From Intrasporangiaceae bacterium (lineage in GTDB: Bacteria > Actinomycetota > Actinomycetes > Actinomycetales > Dermatophilaceae): DNA of 64,000 nt. A program made the translations under genes and the position numbers. This document shows positions 56,158 to 64,000 of the stretch, one piece after another; position 1 is the stretch's first letter, and each line of letters begins with the position of its first letter. The notes below the pieces were generated by a model. It was not told where the DNA came from. It was given only the letters and a program-made list of their open reading frames with translations, and did no database searches. The DNA is taken from contig JAJPIW010000006.1 in NCBI GenBank assembly GCA_021324575.1, forward strand, positions 5-64,004, read 5' to 3'.

Positions 56158-56592
56158 GAATGGCCGACGCTGGACTCCGGCCGGACGCCGAAAGAACCCG
56201 TCGGTTCCGCTGATGCTGGCCCCAGCCTGCCCACTGCCCACAAGAACCCTCCCGGCGCTGGGGACGTGAACCCCCGGAAAATCAACTTCGATGCTGCGCA
56301 GCGGTTACCAAACCCGAGGATCCCCACCAGCGGCAGCAAGCACCGGAACTGGTGCCCGAGACCGGGATACAACCAGTCAGTGGCCGAGCGCCAGCGCTAC
56401 CGAAAATTTTACGAAATCCGTACCAACGTTTTACCCAACCATGGGGTATTTGGCGGCATATTCCCAGACTCTCCACCCTGAATTCTCAGGCAAGGCGGAA
56501 GTGCCCGACCGTACACTCCGCGGGATCCTCGTCGTCCTGCTGAGTACCCTGAACACTCAACTTCCCGCCGGAACCGTCGACAATCCTGGGAA

Positions 56593-58050
56593 CTACCGGG
56601 AAACAGGAATCATTCGCTGGTTGGTGTCGAAGAGGGCGAGTTCGTCCTCGGTGGCAACGTGCCGGACGACGAAGGCGTGTTGGCCAACTCGCCATAGCCC
56701 TTCCCCGCGTTGCAGGTCGGGGAGTTGGGCGCGCTCGGCCGAGGTGAGGCCGAGGTGGGTTGCGGTGTTTGCGGATTCGCTGACTTCCTGTTGGTAGACG
56801 ATCTTGGTGGAGCAGTCGCCGAGCAGTCCGCGGGCGAGTGCTCGGGCTTCGGAGGTGGCGTCGCCGACGGCGTCCAGGTCGGACAGTCGGTGGACGATCA
56901 GGAGGTTGGCGATTCCGAGGCCGCGGGAGAGTTTCCATTGGGACTGCATCCGCGCGAGCAGCGCGGGTTGCCGCATCAGGCGCCAGGCCTCGTCGTAGAT
57001 GACCCAGCGTTGGCCGCCGTCGGGGTCGGCGAGGGCGGCTTCCATCCAGGCGGAGGCGCAGGTCATCACCATGGCCAGGAGCTGGTCCGAGCCTTGGATG
57101 GCGGCCAGGTCGAGGGTGACCATCGGTAGGGAGGGGTCGAACCTGACGGTGGAGGGTCCGTCGAACAGCCCGGCGAGGTCGCCAGCGACCAGGCGTCGCA
57201 GGGCGTGGCCGAGGTCGCGCCCGTCCCGGGCGAGCTGGACAGGGGTTGCCCCCGCCATCGATGTCGACGGGCCGAGCAGGGCTTGGACGACACCGGGCAG
57301 TGTTGGGGTTGTTGAGGATTCGAGCGCTGCGTAAAGGGCGGCGTCCAGGGCGGTGTGTTCGGTGGCGGCGAGGGGTCGGCCGAGGCTGGATTCGGCCAAG
57401 GACCCGAGGAGTGTTCGCCGGCGGCGGGCTGTCTCGGTGTGCCACTGCTCGTCGGCCAAGCCACGGGGTCGGGGGCCGGGGTCCAGTGGGTTGACCCGGT
57501 TGCCGGTTCCCGGTCCGAGACGGATCGAGATCCCGCCGACGGCCTGAGCGACGGCGGTCCACTCCCCTTTGGGGTCGCCGGGGACGTAGACCCGGCGGCC
57601 GAAGGCGATCGAGCGGGTGGCGATCGACTTGGCCAGGCAGGACTTGCCCTTGCCGACGACCCCGGCCAGTAGCGCGTTGGGATTGGTCAGGACGCCGTCG
57701 GCGTAGAGCACCCACGGGTCGTAGCAGAAGCCGCCTCCGGACCAGGCGTCCTGGCCGATGTAGACGCCGTGGCCGCCGAGGCCGCCTTCGGCGAGGAACG
57801 GGTAGGCACCGGCGACCGTGTCGGAGGTGCCCCGGTGGGCGGGGAGTCGGAGCTCGTGCCAGGACCGTCCGGCCTGCGGTCCGGTCTCGCCGCCAGCCGG
57901 CAGGTAGGCGGCACCGTCAGCCCTGTCGGGCGTGTCGGGATCGGTTGCCGGGCGGGCCGGCCGGGTGATGGCCGGCGGCCGGCGGCCGAACCATCGCCGC
58001 CGGGCGCCGGCAGGCTCGTAGAACGCCGCCGGCGCGGACCAGGGCGCCAT
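56593..58050 (-). CDS. VirB4-like conjugal transfer ATPase (ATPase half)
   Basis: 485 aa with Walker A GVVGKGKSCLAKS and Walker B RWVIYDEAWRL. Confidence 0.85.
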   Translation of the reverse strand: MAPWSAPAAFYEPAGARRRWFGRRPPAITRPARPATDPDTPDRADGAAYLPAGGETGPQAGRSWHELRLPAHRGTSDTVAGAYPFLAEGGLGGHGVYIGQDAWSGGGFCYDPWVLYADGVLTNPNALLAGVVGKGKSCLAKSIATRSIAFGRRVYVPGDPKGEWTAVAQAVGGISIRLGPGTGNRVNPLDPGPRPRGLADEQWHTETARRRRTLLGSLAESSLGRPLAATEHTALDAALYAALESSTTPTLPGVVQALLGPSTSMAGATPVQLARDGRDLGHALRRLVAGDLAGLFDGPSTVRFDPSLPMVTLDLAAIQGSDQLLAMVMTCASAWMEAALADPDGGQRWVIYDEAWRLMRQPALLARMQSQWKLSRGLGIANLLIVHRLSDLDAVGDATSEARALARGLLGDCSTKIVYQQEVSESANTATHLGLTSAERAQLPDLQRGEGLWRVGQHAFVVRHVATEDELALFDTNQRMIPVSR

Positions 58051-58051
58051 A

Positions 58052-59494
58052 TCAGTTGACCTTCCGGGCGAGTGGGAGGGCGGCGGTGGTGAAGGCGCGC
58101 GCCTGTTGCCCGTAGAGGCGTCGGGTCTCGCACCCGGACTGGATGGCGGCGCGGCTGATCTCGGCGACGGCGGTCTCGAGCTGGTCGCGGCTGGGGGCGG
58201 TGATGGTGAGCAGGCCGGTGAACTTCACGTCGGCGTGTCCGGCGAGCAGGGCCCGTTCGCGGTCGAGGACGTCGGCGTGTTCGGCGTCGTCGGACAGGTC
58301 CGCGAGGGTGCCGATCTTGGCCTTCTGGGCGGCGTCGGTGACGTGCTCGACCTTGGCCTTGCGGATGGCGCGCATGGCGGCGTCGATCGGCACGGGCTCG
58401 ATGGTCAGCGACAGGGTCTTGCGGATGGCCGATTGGAAGACCAGCGCGTGCAGGAAGAACGGTGGGGTGGGGGTGCGGGGCCACTGGCTGATCCACAGGA
58501 CGGCGGAGTGGCCGGTGTCGTGTCGGAGGTGGTCCCAGTGCTCGTCCACGGCCATCGGTCCGGCGCTCTGGAGTCCGGAGCCGGGGCTGTCGCCCGTGTC
58601 GTGTCCGGGGTCGTATGCCGTGCGCAGGGTGGCTGCGAGCTCGGACTCGTCCAGCCAGCAGGCGACGGTGAGGTCCGCGGCCCTCAGCCCCGCCGACAGG
58701 GAGGTCATCTCCTGCCGCAGGAACGCTGCGGCGCCGGGCACCCCGCGGCCGGACTGACGGATGTGGTTGCGGGCTTTGCGCAGGTCGAGGCTGACCGCGA
58801 TGAGGGTGCGGTGGGTCGAGGAGGCGGGGACCACGGTCGTCATCAGGTGCTCGTACTGGGTCACGGCCCATCCCGTCGTCTTGGTCTTGTGGGTGTCCCA
58901 CCAGCCGGTGATGCCGCGTCCGGCGTCGGGCAGGGTCACCTCGAGCACCTGGATCCGCGTCCCGGTCCCCGATGCGGCCAGGGTGGCGATGGCGCGGCCC
59001 CAGCCGTGGACGCGGCGGGCTTGCTCGTCCGCGGACAGCAGGACGTAGGCCGGGTGGTGGACGAGGGCGACGGCGGTCAGGGTTTGGGCGTGTGGGTCGT
59101 GCAGCATGGCCGCGCCGGTGTCGGCGTCGAGGAGGAACCGGAGGCGTGCGGCGTCGCCGGGTAGGGCGAGGGTGCCGGCGGGTCGTGGATGGGCCGGTCG
59201 GGTCCGGAACCGGGTTTGGCCGGTGGCCCGGCGCAGGAGGTAGTGGGCGGTGGTGGGGACGGACTCGACCAGGGGCTTCCCGCCGGCCCGGACGAACGCC
59301 AGGACCAAGAGGCCCGCCCAGAGCGGCGAGGCAAGAGCCGCGCCGAGGGATCCGCCGATGAACAGGGCCGGCACGAGGACGGCAAGGGCGACGGCGACGC
59401 AGGCGACTCGGGACGCGGACAGCCCGAGGAGCAGCCCGCGGCGGGGTAGCCGCCCGAACCGGACGGTCAGGGCGGGGTGGGTGGTGTCGGTCAT
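58052..59494 (-). CDS. SCO6880-family conjugation protein (VirB3/VirB4 N-terminal-like membrane part)
   Basis: 480 aa with two N-terminal TM helices. It lies directly upstream of the ATPase (1-nt gap) and overlaps the VirB6-like gene by 4 bp. Confidence 0.7.
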   Translation of the reverse strand: MTDTTHPALTVRFGRLPRRGLLLGLSASRVACVAVALAVLVPALFIGGSLGAALASPLWAGLLVLAFVRAGGKPLVESVPTTAHYLLRRATGQTRFRTRPAHPRPAGTLALPGDAARLRFLLDADTGAAMLHDPHAQTLTAVALVHHPAYVLLSADEQARRVHGWGRAIATLAASGTGTRIQVLEVTLPDAGRGITGWWDTHKTKTTGWAVTQYEHLMTTVVPASSTHRTLIAVSLDLRKARNHIRQSGRGVPGAAAFLRQEMTSLSAGLRAADLTVACWLDESELAATLRTAYDPGHDTGDSPGSGLQSAGPMAVDEHWDHLRHDTGHSAVLWISQWPRTPTPPFFLHALVFQSAIRKTLSLTIEPVPIDAAMRAIRKAKVEHVTDAAQKAKIGTLADLSDDAEHADVLDRERALLAGHADVKFTGLLTITAPSRDQLETAVAEISRAAIQSGCETRRLYGQQARAFTTAALPLARKVN

Positions 59495-60798
59495 GGCGTA
59501 TTCCTTTTCGGGGGAACGGGATTGGGTCGGGCCGGCGCGGCGCCGTCACCTTCGGTGGGCAGCGCGCCCGTAGCGGTCCGCACGGCGCCGGTGCCGGCCC
59601 TCGCTGCTGAACGGGCGACGGCGGCGGCGGCGGCGAGGGCTGGGGCGGCCGGTGCGCCGGCGGCTGGGGCGGCCGGTGCGCCGGCGGCTGCGGCGCCGGT
59701 CGGGCCGACCGCCCCAGCCGCTCCGTTCCCGCCCGGGGTGGGCGGCGGACCGGGTCGGGGTGCACTGTCCGGGGTGCTGTCGGAGGCCGGCGGTTGGGGT
59801 TCGGGCAACCGTCCGCCGGAGGAGGTGCCGCCGCGCAGGGACCGCGTCTGGGCCTGCAGGGCGGCGACCTTCTGCGGAGCGGCCACGATGGACCGGGCCC
59901 CGGTCGCGGCCTGCCCGGCGGTGGCGTGCGCGGCATACAGGGTGTCGCCGGCGAAGTGGAACATCCGCACGGCCACCCACGGGGACAGGCCACCGAGCAG
60001 CAGGACCAGGGCGCCGCCGGCCAGCTGGGTGGCGCCCTGCCCGACCCCGCTACCGGACTGTCCGGCGCCGTCGACCACGGCCACCCCGATGGACAGGATG
60101 ATGACGAGCAGCAGCTTGGACGCGACCATGGCCGCGACGAACTCGATCCACTTGCGGACCCAGCCGCGGGTGATGTCGGCGGTGGCGCCGGAGAACGCCA
60201 GCGGCGCCAGGACCGCGGCGATGAGCAGCATCACCTTGCGGATCATCATGGCCGCCCACACGATGACGACCGCGGCGATGATGACCACCGACAGCAGCAG
60301 CGACACCGCCGGGTTGGAGACGCCCGCGAGCTGGGTCACGGCCAGGCGGGCGCCGAGCCCGGTCACGTTGGTGTGCATCGTGTACTGGACGAACCCGGCC
60401 GACAGGGCGTCGACGGCGGCGATCACCGTCTGGGTGGTGGCCAGGGCGAGCGCGGACCCGACGAAGCTGACCACCAGCCCGGAGAGGGCCCGCCCGAGGC
60501 CGCCGGCTTCGCGGCGGACCGCGGAGGTGATGACCTGGATCAGGAACAGCCCCAGGCACAGGACGACGGCGATGGCACCGGTCGCGGCGAGCTCGGTCTT
60601 CAGGCCGGCTGAGCGCAGGTCCAGGGTGGTGGCCGAGTCGATGGTCTGCCAGAGCCATTGCGTGGCGTTCTGGGCGGCGAGGCCGAAGTAGCCGGCGATG
60701 TGGGTGAAGGCGCTGTCGGCCACGCTGTTTCCGACGGCCGAGCTGGCCAGGGAGACGAGGCAGATCGGGTTGGTGGCCATCATTCCGGCGCAGTTCAT
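59491..60798 (-). CDS. VirB6/TrbL-like polytopic conjugation membrane protein with a Pro/Ala/Gly-rich tail
   Basis: ATG at 60798 (MNCAGMMATNP) overlaps the upstream stop. The protein has at least 6 TM segments and a C-terminal low-complexity tail of about 120 aa. Confidence 0.7.
   Translation of the reverse strand: MNCAGMMATNPICLVSLASSAVGNSVADSAFTHIAGYFGLAAQNATQWLWQTIDSATTLDLRSAGLKTELAATGAIAVVLCLGLFLIQVITSAVRREAGGLGRALSGLVVSFVGSALALATTQTVIAAVDALSAGFVQYTMHTNVTGLGARLAVTQLAGVSNPAVSLLLSVVIIAAVVIVWAAMMIRKVMLLIAAVLAPLAFSGATADITRGWVRKWIEFVAAMVASKLLLVIILSIGVAVVDGAGQSGSGVGQGATQLAGGALVLLLGGLSPWVAVRMFHFAGDTLYAAHATAGQAATGARSIVAAPQKVAALQAQTRSLRGGTSSGGRLPEPQPPASDSTPDSAPRPGPPPTPGGNGAAGAVGPTGAAAAGAPAAPAAGAPAAPALAAAAAVARSAARAGTGAVRTATGALPTEGDGAAPARPNPVPPKRNTP
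59641..59688. repeat. Perfect 24-bp tandem duplication inside the VirB6-like tail
   Basis: TGGGGCGGCCGGTGCGCCGGCGGC occurs twice, in frame (8 aa each). Confidence 0.8.
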
Positions 60799-61604
60799 GA
60801 GGACTCCAGGGGGATGGCGGTGTAGGTGACGGCGGCGACGAAGCCCCACCTGTCACGGGTGGGTGGGCCTTCGAGGTTGACGGCGAGGCTGACGCTGAAC
60901 CGTTGCGTCGCCGGCCCGCCGGCGGAGGTCGTGTGCCGGGTGATGGTGGCGGCGACGAGTCGGCCGGTGACGCCGTCGTCGGAGATCCGGCCCGCGGCGA
61001 CCGCGTTGGACCAGGCCAACGGTTCCAGGACCCGGTCGATCCGGACCGTGGTGTAGCCGCCCTGCGCGGCCAGGGACGACCACTGCGAGGCGGTGGGGAT
61101 GGGCGCGGTGTCGCCCGTCGCGTCGGTCACCGAGAACACGGCCAGTCGATCGCGCAGATCGGCGGGGACGAGGCCCAGGACCAGCGGTTCGCTGGTCTGG
61201 GCGGATTCGGCTTGGACCCACGCCAGCAGGGCGGCCCGTGGGGTCCGGTAGTCCTGGGTGAGTAACCGGCGGACGAACTCTGCGGCATACAGGTCGGGTT
61301 GGGTGGTGACGTCTCCGGTGATCCGCGGCAGGGCGCTGGCCCCGGTGACCGGCGGCATGGCCCGCAGCCGGTTGACCTCGGCGGCGAGTTCGGTGGCGTT
61401 GCCGGGGAGGTCCCCGGTCGTCCCGGTTCGAGCCGGCTGCGTCGAGGTCGGCGCGGTGGGCCGCGCCTCGGGCCCGGACTGGCCGTCGTCCGAGCGGCCC
61501 TTGGAAAGGACGGGCCAGAGCAGCACATTGGCGGTCACGAGCATTACGACCGCGGTGAACGCGAGGACGAGGACCCAGCGGCGACGGACCATGGAGGGTC
61601 GCAT
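60795..61604 (-). CDS. Hypothetical N-terminally anchored conjugation protein
   Basis: 269 aa with a single TM helix (WVLVLAFTAVVMLVTANVLLW), lying within the transfer operon. Confidence 0.6.
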   Translation of the reverse strand: MRPSMVRRRWVLVLAFTAVVMLVTANVLLWPVLSKGRSDDGQSGPEARPTAPTSTQPARTGTTGDLPGNATELAAEVNRLRAMPPVTGASALPRITGDVTTQPDLYAAEFVRRLLTQDYRTPRAALLAWVQAESAQTSEPLVLGLVPADLRDRLAVFSVTDATGDTAPIPTASQWSSLAAQGGYTTVRIDRVLEPLAWSNAVAAGRISDDGVTGRLVAATITRHTTSAGGPATQRFSVSLAVNLEGPPTRDRWGFVAAVTYTAIPLESS

Positions 61605-61606
61605 GG

Positions 61607-61885
61607 TCAGTGCACCGCCGAGCCGGCGTTGCTGAAGAAGGTGACGATGGTGTTCGCGGCGCCGATCAGCATGGCCGCGCCGCCGGAGACCAGGACGCCG
61701 GTCTTGCCGCGGCCGGCGACGTGCGGGTTGGAGGAGTGGGACCCGATGGCCCAGGCGATGGCCGAGATGGCGATGCCGGCGACGGCGGCGACCAGGCCGT
61801 AGGTGAGCAGCGCGCCGACGATGGACTCCAGGGCGGCGATGCCGGGCAGGCCGGTGGTGTTGGGCCCGATGTCGATGGTGTTCAT
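61607..61885 (-). CDS. Small two-helix membrane protein, VirB2/TrbC pilin-like candidate
   Basis: 92 aa with two hydrophobic helices separated by a short polar loop. Its position is typical of pilin-like subunits. Confidence 0.55.
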   Translation of the reverse strand: MNTIDIGPNTTGLPGIAALESIVGALLTYGLVAAVAGIAISAIAWAIGSHSSNPHVAGRGKTGVLVSGGAAMLIGAANTIVTFFSNAGSAVH

Positions 61886-61969
61886 GGTTGAGGACCTTTC
61901 GCAGCTGGGTCGGGGGGGTTCCGCCCGTGATGGGTAGACGGAGGGTTCGGGGTCACCATCGGTCAGCGG

Positions 61970-63043
61970 TTATGCGATGTGTCGCAATCCGGACAGGCCG
62001 CGGGCGACGAAGGAGGCGTAGGTGACGACCGTGACGACGTCGCCGGTCTTGGGTGCGGCCACGACCAGGCCGTGGCCGATGAACATCCCGACGTGGCCGG
62101 GCAGGGCGATGGTGCCGTCGCCGCCTGGGGTCAGGACCAGGTCGCCCGGAGCCAGGTGGGCGGCGTCGGTGGGGGTGCCGTCGTGGATCTGGTCGTAGGT
62201 GGTGCGGCTGATCGCGATGCCGGCGCGGCGCCACGCCTGTTGGGTCAGGCCGGAGCAGTCGTAGGTGTCCGGTCCGGTGGCGCCCCACTGGTAGGGCTTG
62301 CCGAGCTGGGCTAGGGCGAAGGTCACGGCGGTCCGGGCCGCCGGGGTGGCGGCGGACGGGATGGTGTAGCCAGCGGGGAGGCCGTGGGCGGCGGCTGACC
62401 CGGGTGTGAGGGCGCTGGCGGAGGCACCGCAGTCCAGGTGTGCGGAGTCGTGCTCGACCTGGGTCAGGATCGCGAGCGCCTCGTCCACCTGGGCCTGGTA
62501 GTTGCCGCCGACGACGGGTGAGTAGTGGTTGGCCGGGCGTGGTTGTCCGTCGTAGGCCGAGCGCTGGACCAGCTGCGCGGCATACGACGGGGGCACCGAT
62601 CCCCAGTCGGGCACCCGCAGCAGCGCGTCGAGGAAGAGGGTGGTCGAGGCGGCGGGGTCCATCCGCTGGGCGGCGCTGCCCCAGCCGGGGCGTTGCTGGA
62701 ACAGGCCGAGGGAGTCGTGGTCGCTGCCGGTGCCCTGGTTCGGGTAGGCCGCACCGGACGGGTCGTTGGGGTTGGCCAGGACCCGCAGCCCGGACTCGGT
62801 GATGGCGGTCACCAGGGCGACGAGGGCGGCCGGGTGCCCGCCCCGGGCCGTGCTGGCGGCGACGATGGTGCGGGCGTTGGCGGCCTGGGCGTTGGTCAGG
62901 CCGGGCAGCGGTCCGGCGGTGGCGCAGATGGTCGCGGCGGCGGCGGGCGGGGTCCCGAGCGCACCGACGACGGCCAGGCACAGGACGGCAGTGAGCACCG
63001 CTGCTCCGGCAGCGGCGGCGGTGAAGAGGCGTGTTGGTGGCAT
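61970..63043 (-). CDS. Secreted cell-wall hydrolase: N-terminal glycosidase-like region plus C-terminal NlpC/P60 (C40) peptidase
   Basis: ATG at 63043 (MPPTRLFTAAAAGAAVL). SLGLFQQRPGWG resembles a lytic-transglycosylase-type motif. The C40 catalytic Cys (YDCSGLTQQAW) and His (PGHVGMFIG) are present. Confidence 0.85.
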   Translation of the reverse strand: MPPTRLFTAAAAGAAVLTAVLCLAVVGALGTPPAAAATICATAGPLPGLTNAQAANARTIVAASTARGGHPAALVALVTAITESGLRVLANPNDPSGAAYPNQGTGSDHDSLGLFQQRPGWGSAAQRMDPAASTTLFLDALLRVPDWGSVPPSYAAQLVQRSAYDGQPRPANHYSPVVGGNYQAQVDEALAILTQVEHDSAHLDCGASASALTPGSAAAHGLPAGYTIPSAATPAARTAVTFALAQLGKPYQWGATGPDTYDCSGLTQQAWRRAGIAISRTTYDQIHDGTPTDAAHLAPGDLVLTPGGDGTIALPGHVGMFIGHGLVVAAPKTGDVVTVVTYASFVARGLSGLRHIA

Positions 63044-63146
63044 GCCAAGTTCACGGCCCTGTCGGGGCCAGCATCGGGCGCCCGGTTGCGGTGTCGGTCC
63101 CCGGCGGGACAGTGTGGGGGTGACCGTGAAGGTGAGGGAGCACCAG

Positions 63147-63623
63147 ATGCGACGCAGCGCGCGCCCGGATCCTCCCGTGGCGCTGGCCGCCGCGGGGGTC
63201 GCCGACGCCCGCGCCCTGGCCCTAGAGCTCGGCGGTGGGCACGGGCCGGCGGTGCCCGTGGACGTCATGCGGCTCGGGGTCACCCTCGAGCCGGGCGAGT
63301 CCGCGTTCCGGGCGGTGACGCTGTGGCTGCGCTGGCAGGTCGACGGTGTCTGGAGCCAGGCATCCCTGTGCCTGGTGGTGGTCACCGACCGGCGGGCGGT
63401 GGCCCGTCTGCCGGTCGGTGGCCTGCGCTCGTTCTGGTGGGGTTCGCTCGTCGGGCTGGACATCGATCTGGTCGCCGGCCATGTCGTCCTCGACTACGGC
63501 GACGGGCGACCGCGGTCCCTGTCCGGGGAGGGCGCCGGCGTCGTGGCCGTCATGGCCGTGGCCCAGGCGTACGGGGTGGCGGCCCTGACGACTCATGCGG
63601 CGATCGCTCCCCTGCGCAGGTGA
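63147..63623 (+). CDS. Hypothetical protein (one of the few plus-strand ICE ORFs)
   Basis: ATG at 63147 is preceded by GGTGAGGGAG. The product is 158 aa with high GC3. It lies within track ORF 62766-63623. Confidence 0.55.
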   Translation: MRRSARPDPPVALAAAGVADARALALELGGGHGPAVPVDVMRLGVTLEPGESAFRAVTLWLRWQVDGVWSQASLCLVVVTDRRAVARLPVGGLRSFWWGSLVGLDIDLVAGHVVLDYGDGRPRSLSGEGAGVVAVMAVAQAYGVAALTTHAAIAPLRR

Positions 63624-64000
63624 GACCCGGCCAGGTCGCCATGTACGAGCAGCTTGAGCTGGCGGCGCGCGTAGACCCGCTGCTCGGTGGTGAGCTCGAT
63701 CTGGTAGACGAAGAGCTCGAGCAGGCCGAGCCAGCCTGATGGGGAGCCGGCGAACAGCCGGAAGATGACGCGTCGCTCATCGCGGGTGAAGCCGAGCTGG
63801 TCCAGCATCCGCTTGGTGCACACCCGGGAGTTGCCGCCCGATCGGCTGTTCGTCACGGTTCGCAGCGGGTCCTTGGCGCCACGGCGTTTGGCCTCCTCGA
63901 CCCGGCTCACGAAGACCTCGAAGGCCGGGATGAGCTTGGCCCGCCAGATCACCTGCTCGTCGCAGTCGAGCTCATCAACCAGCCAGTCCGGGAACACAAA
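63593..64000 (-). CDS. Hypothetical ICE protein, probably truncated by the window end
   Basis: The reading frame is open to the last base of the window and GC3 is high. No family was recognised. Confidence 0.55.
   Translation of the reverse strand, partial: FVFPDWLVDELDCDEQVIWRAKLIPAFEVFVSRVEEAKRRGAKDPLRTVTNSRSGGNSRVCTKRMLDQLGFTRDERRVIFRLFAGSPSGWLGLLELFVYQIELTTEQRVYARRQLKLLVHGDLAGSHLRRGAIAA

Larger units (their letters stand above)
37360..64000. mobile_element. Integrative conjugative element (T4SS type) inserted at the 3' end of tRNA-Lys; the far boundary lies outside the window
   Basis: An integrase and Xis abut the tRNA 3' end. They are followed by a primase, DUF4913, the coupling protein, a split VirB4, VirB6-like and pilin-like proteins and a cell-wall hydrolase, nearly all on the minus strand with 4-bp overlaps. 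The core 9-mer motif is almost absent here. Confidence 0.85.

Noticed and set aside
46581-56241. The RHS/LamG pair as type VII (ESX) or T6SS substrates
   Set aside because: No WXG100, EccC, PAAR, VgrG or Hcp-like genes occur in the window. Both proteins start with Sec-type signal peptides.
59641-59688. Possible CRISPR-like or minisatellite array
   Set aside because: There are only two 24-bp units with no spacers, and they lie in frame within a coding low-complexity tail. No CRISPR array occurs anywhere in the window.
57687-59993. 768-aa and neighbouring 409-aa (56486-57715) Pro/Arg-rich minus-strand ORFs
   Set aside because: They are alternative frames of the SCO6880-like and VirB4-like genes. 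They have extreme Pro/Arg content and no motifs, whereas the chosen frames carry Walker motifs and TM helices.
37360-64000. attR (a second copy of the tRNA-Lys 3' end) inside the window
   Set aside because: I scanned by eye for GGTTCGAATCCGACGGGGCCCA or long parts of it and found none. The ICE right end is therefore presumed to lie beyond 64000.

Overview
High-GC actinobacterial chromosome segment whose gene order resembles mycobacterial and Micrococcales core regions. Positions 1-37.3 kb are conserved core. They carry carD, senX3-regX3 divergent from phoU, gpmA, dtd, an hbhA-like gene with an XRE regulator, an MFS/TetR pair, ygfZ, fur, an LCP gene, glnR, a 5'-nucleotidase, mshD, ppk1, a Nudix/His-phosphatase gene, pstSCAB and pit/DUF47, ending at tRNA-Lys(UUU) (37288-37359). 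From the tRNA to the window end (more than 26.6 kb) lies an integrated conjugative element (ICE). It encodes a tyrosine integrase, Xis, a primase, DUF4913, a VirD4-like coupling protein, a split VirB4, VirB6-like and pilin-like proteins and an NlpC/P60 hydrolase. Its single-strand transfer gene train is interrupted by an approximately 11-kb cargo block: a LamG-domain secreted protein, a 2142-aa RHS/YD polymorphic toxin, an overlapping immunity gene and an IS110/ankyrin scar. The strongest non-genic signals are four. (i) The 9-mer CGGCATACG/CGTATGCCG occurs about once per kb in the core (35 copies by manual count) against 2 copies in the ICE; it is enriched between genes, forms inverted pairs and is carried by rare codons inside genes. 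(ii) An approximately 80-bp palindromic repeat family brackets the MFS/TetR module and is also cut by the window start. (iii) GTTCACC direct-repeat PHO boxes lie upstream of pstS and in the senX3/phoU divergent region. (iv) A 430-bp gene-free spacer contains a perfect 15-bp stem with a C-rich loop. No CRISPR array or rRNA was seen. All coordinates and counts come from manual reading, and start codons are often uncertain.
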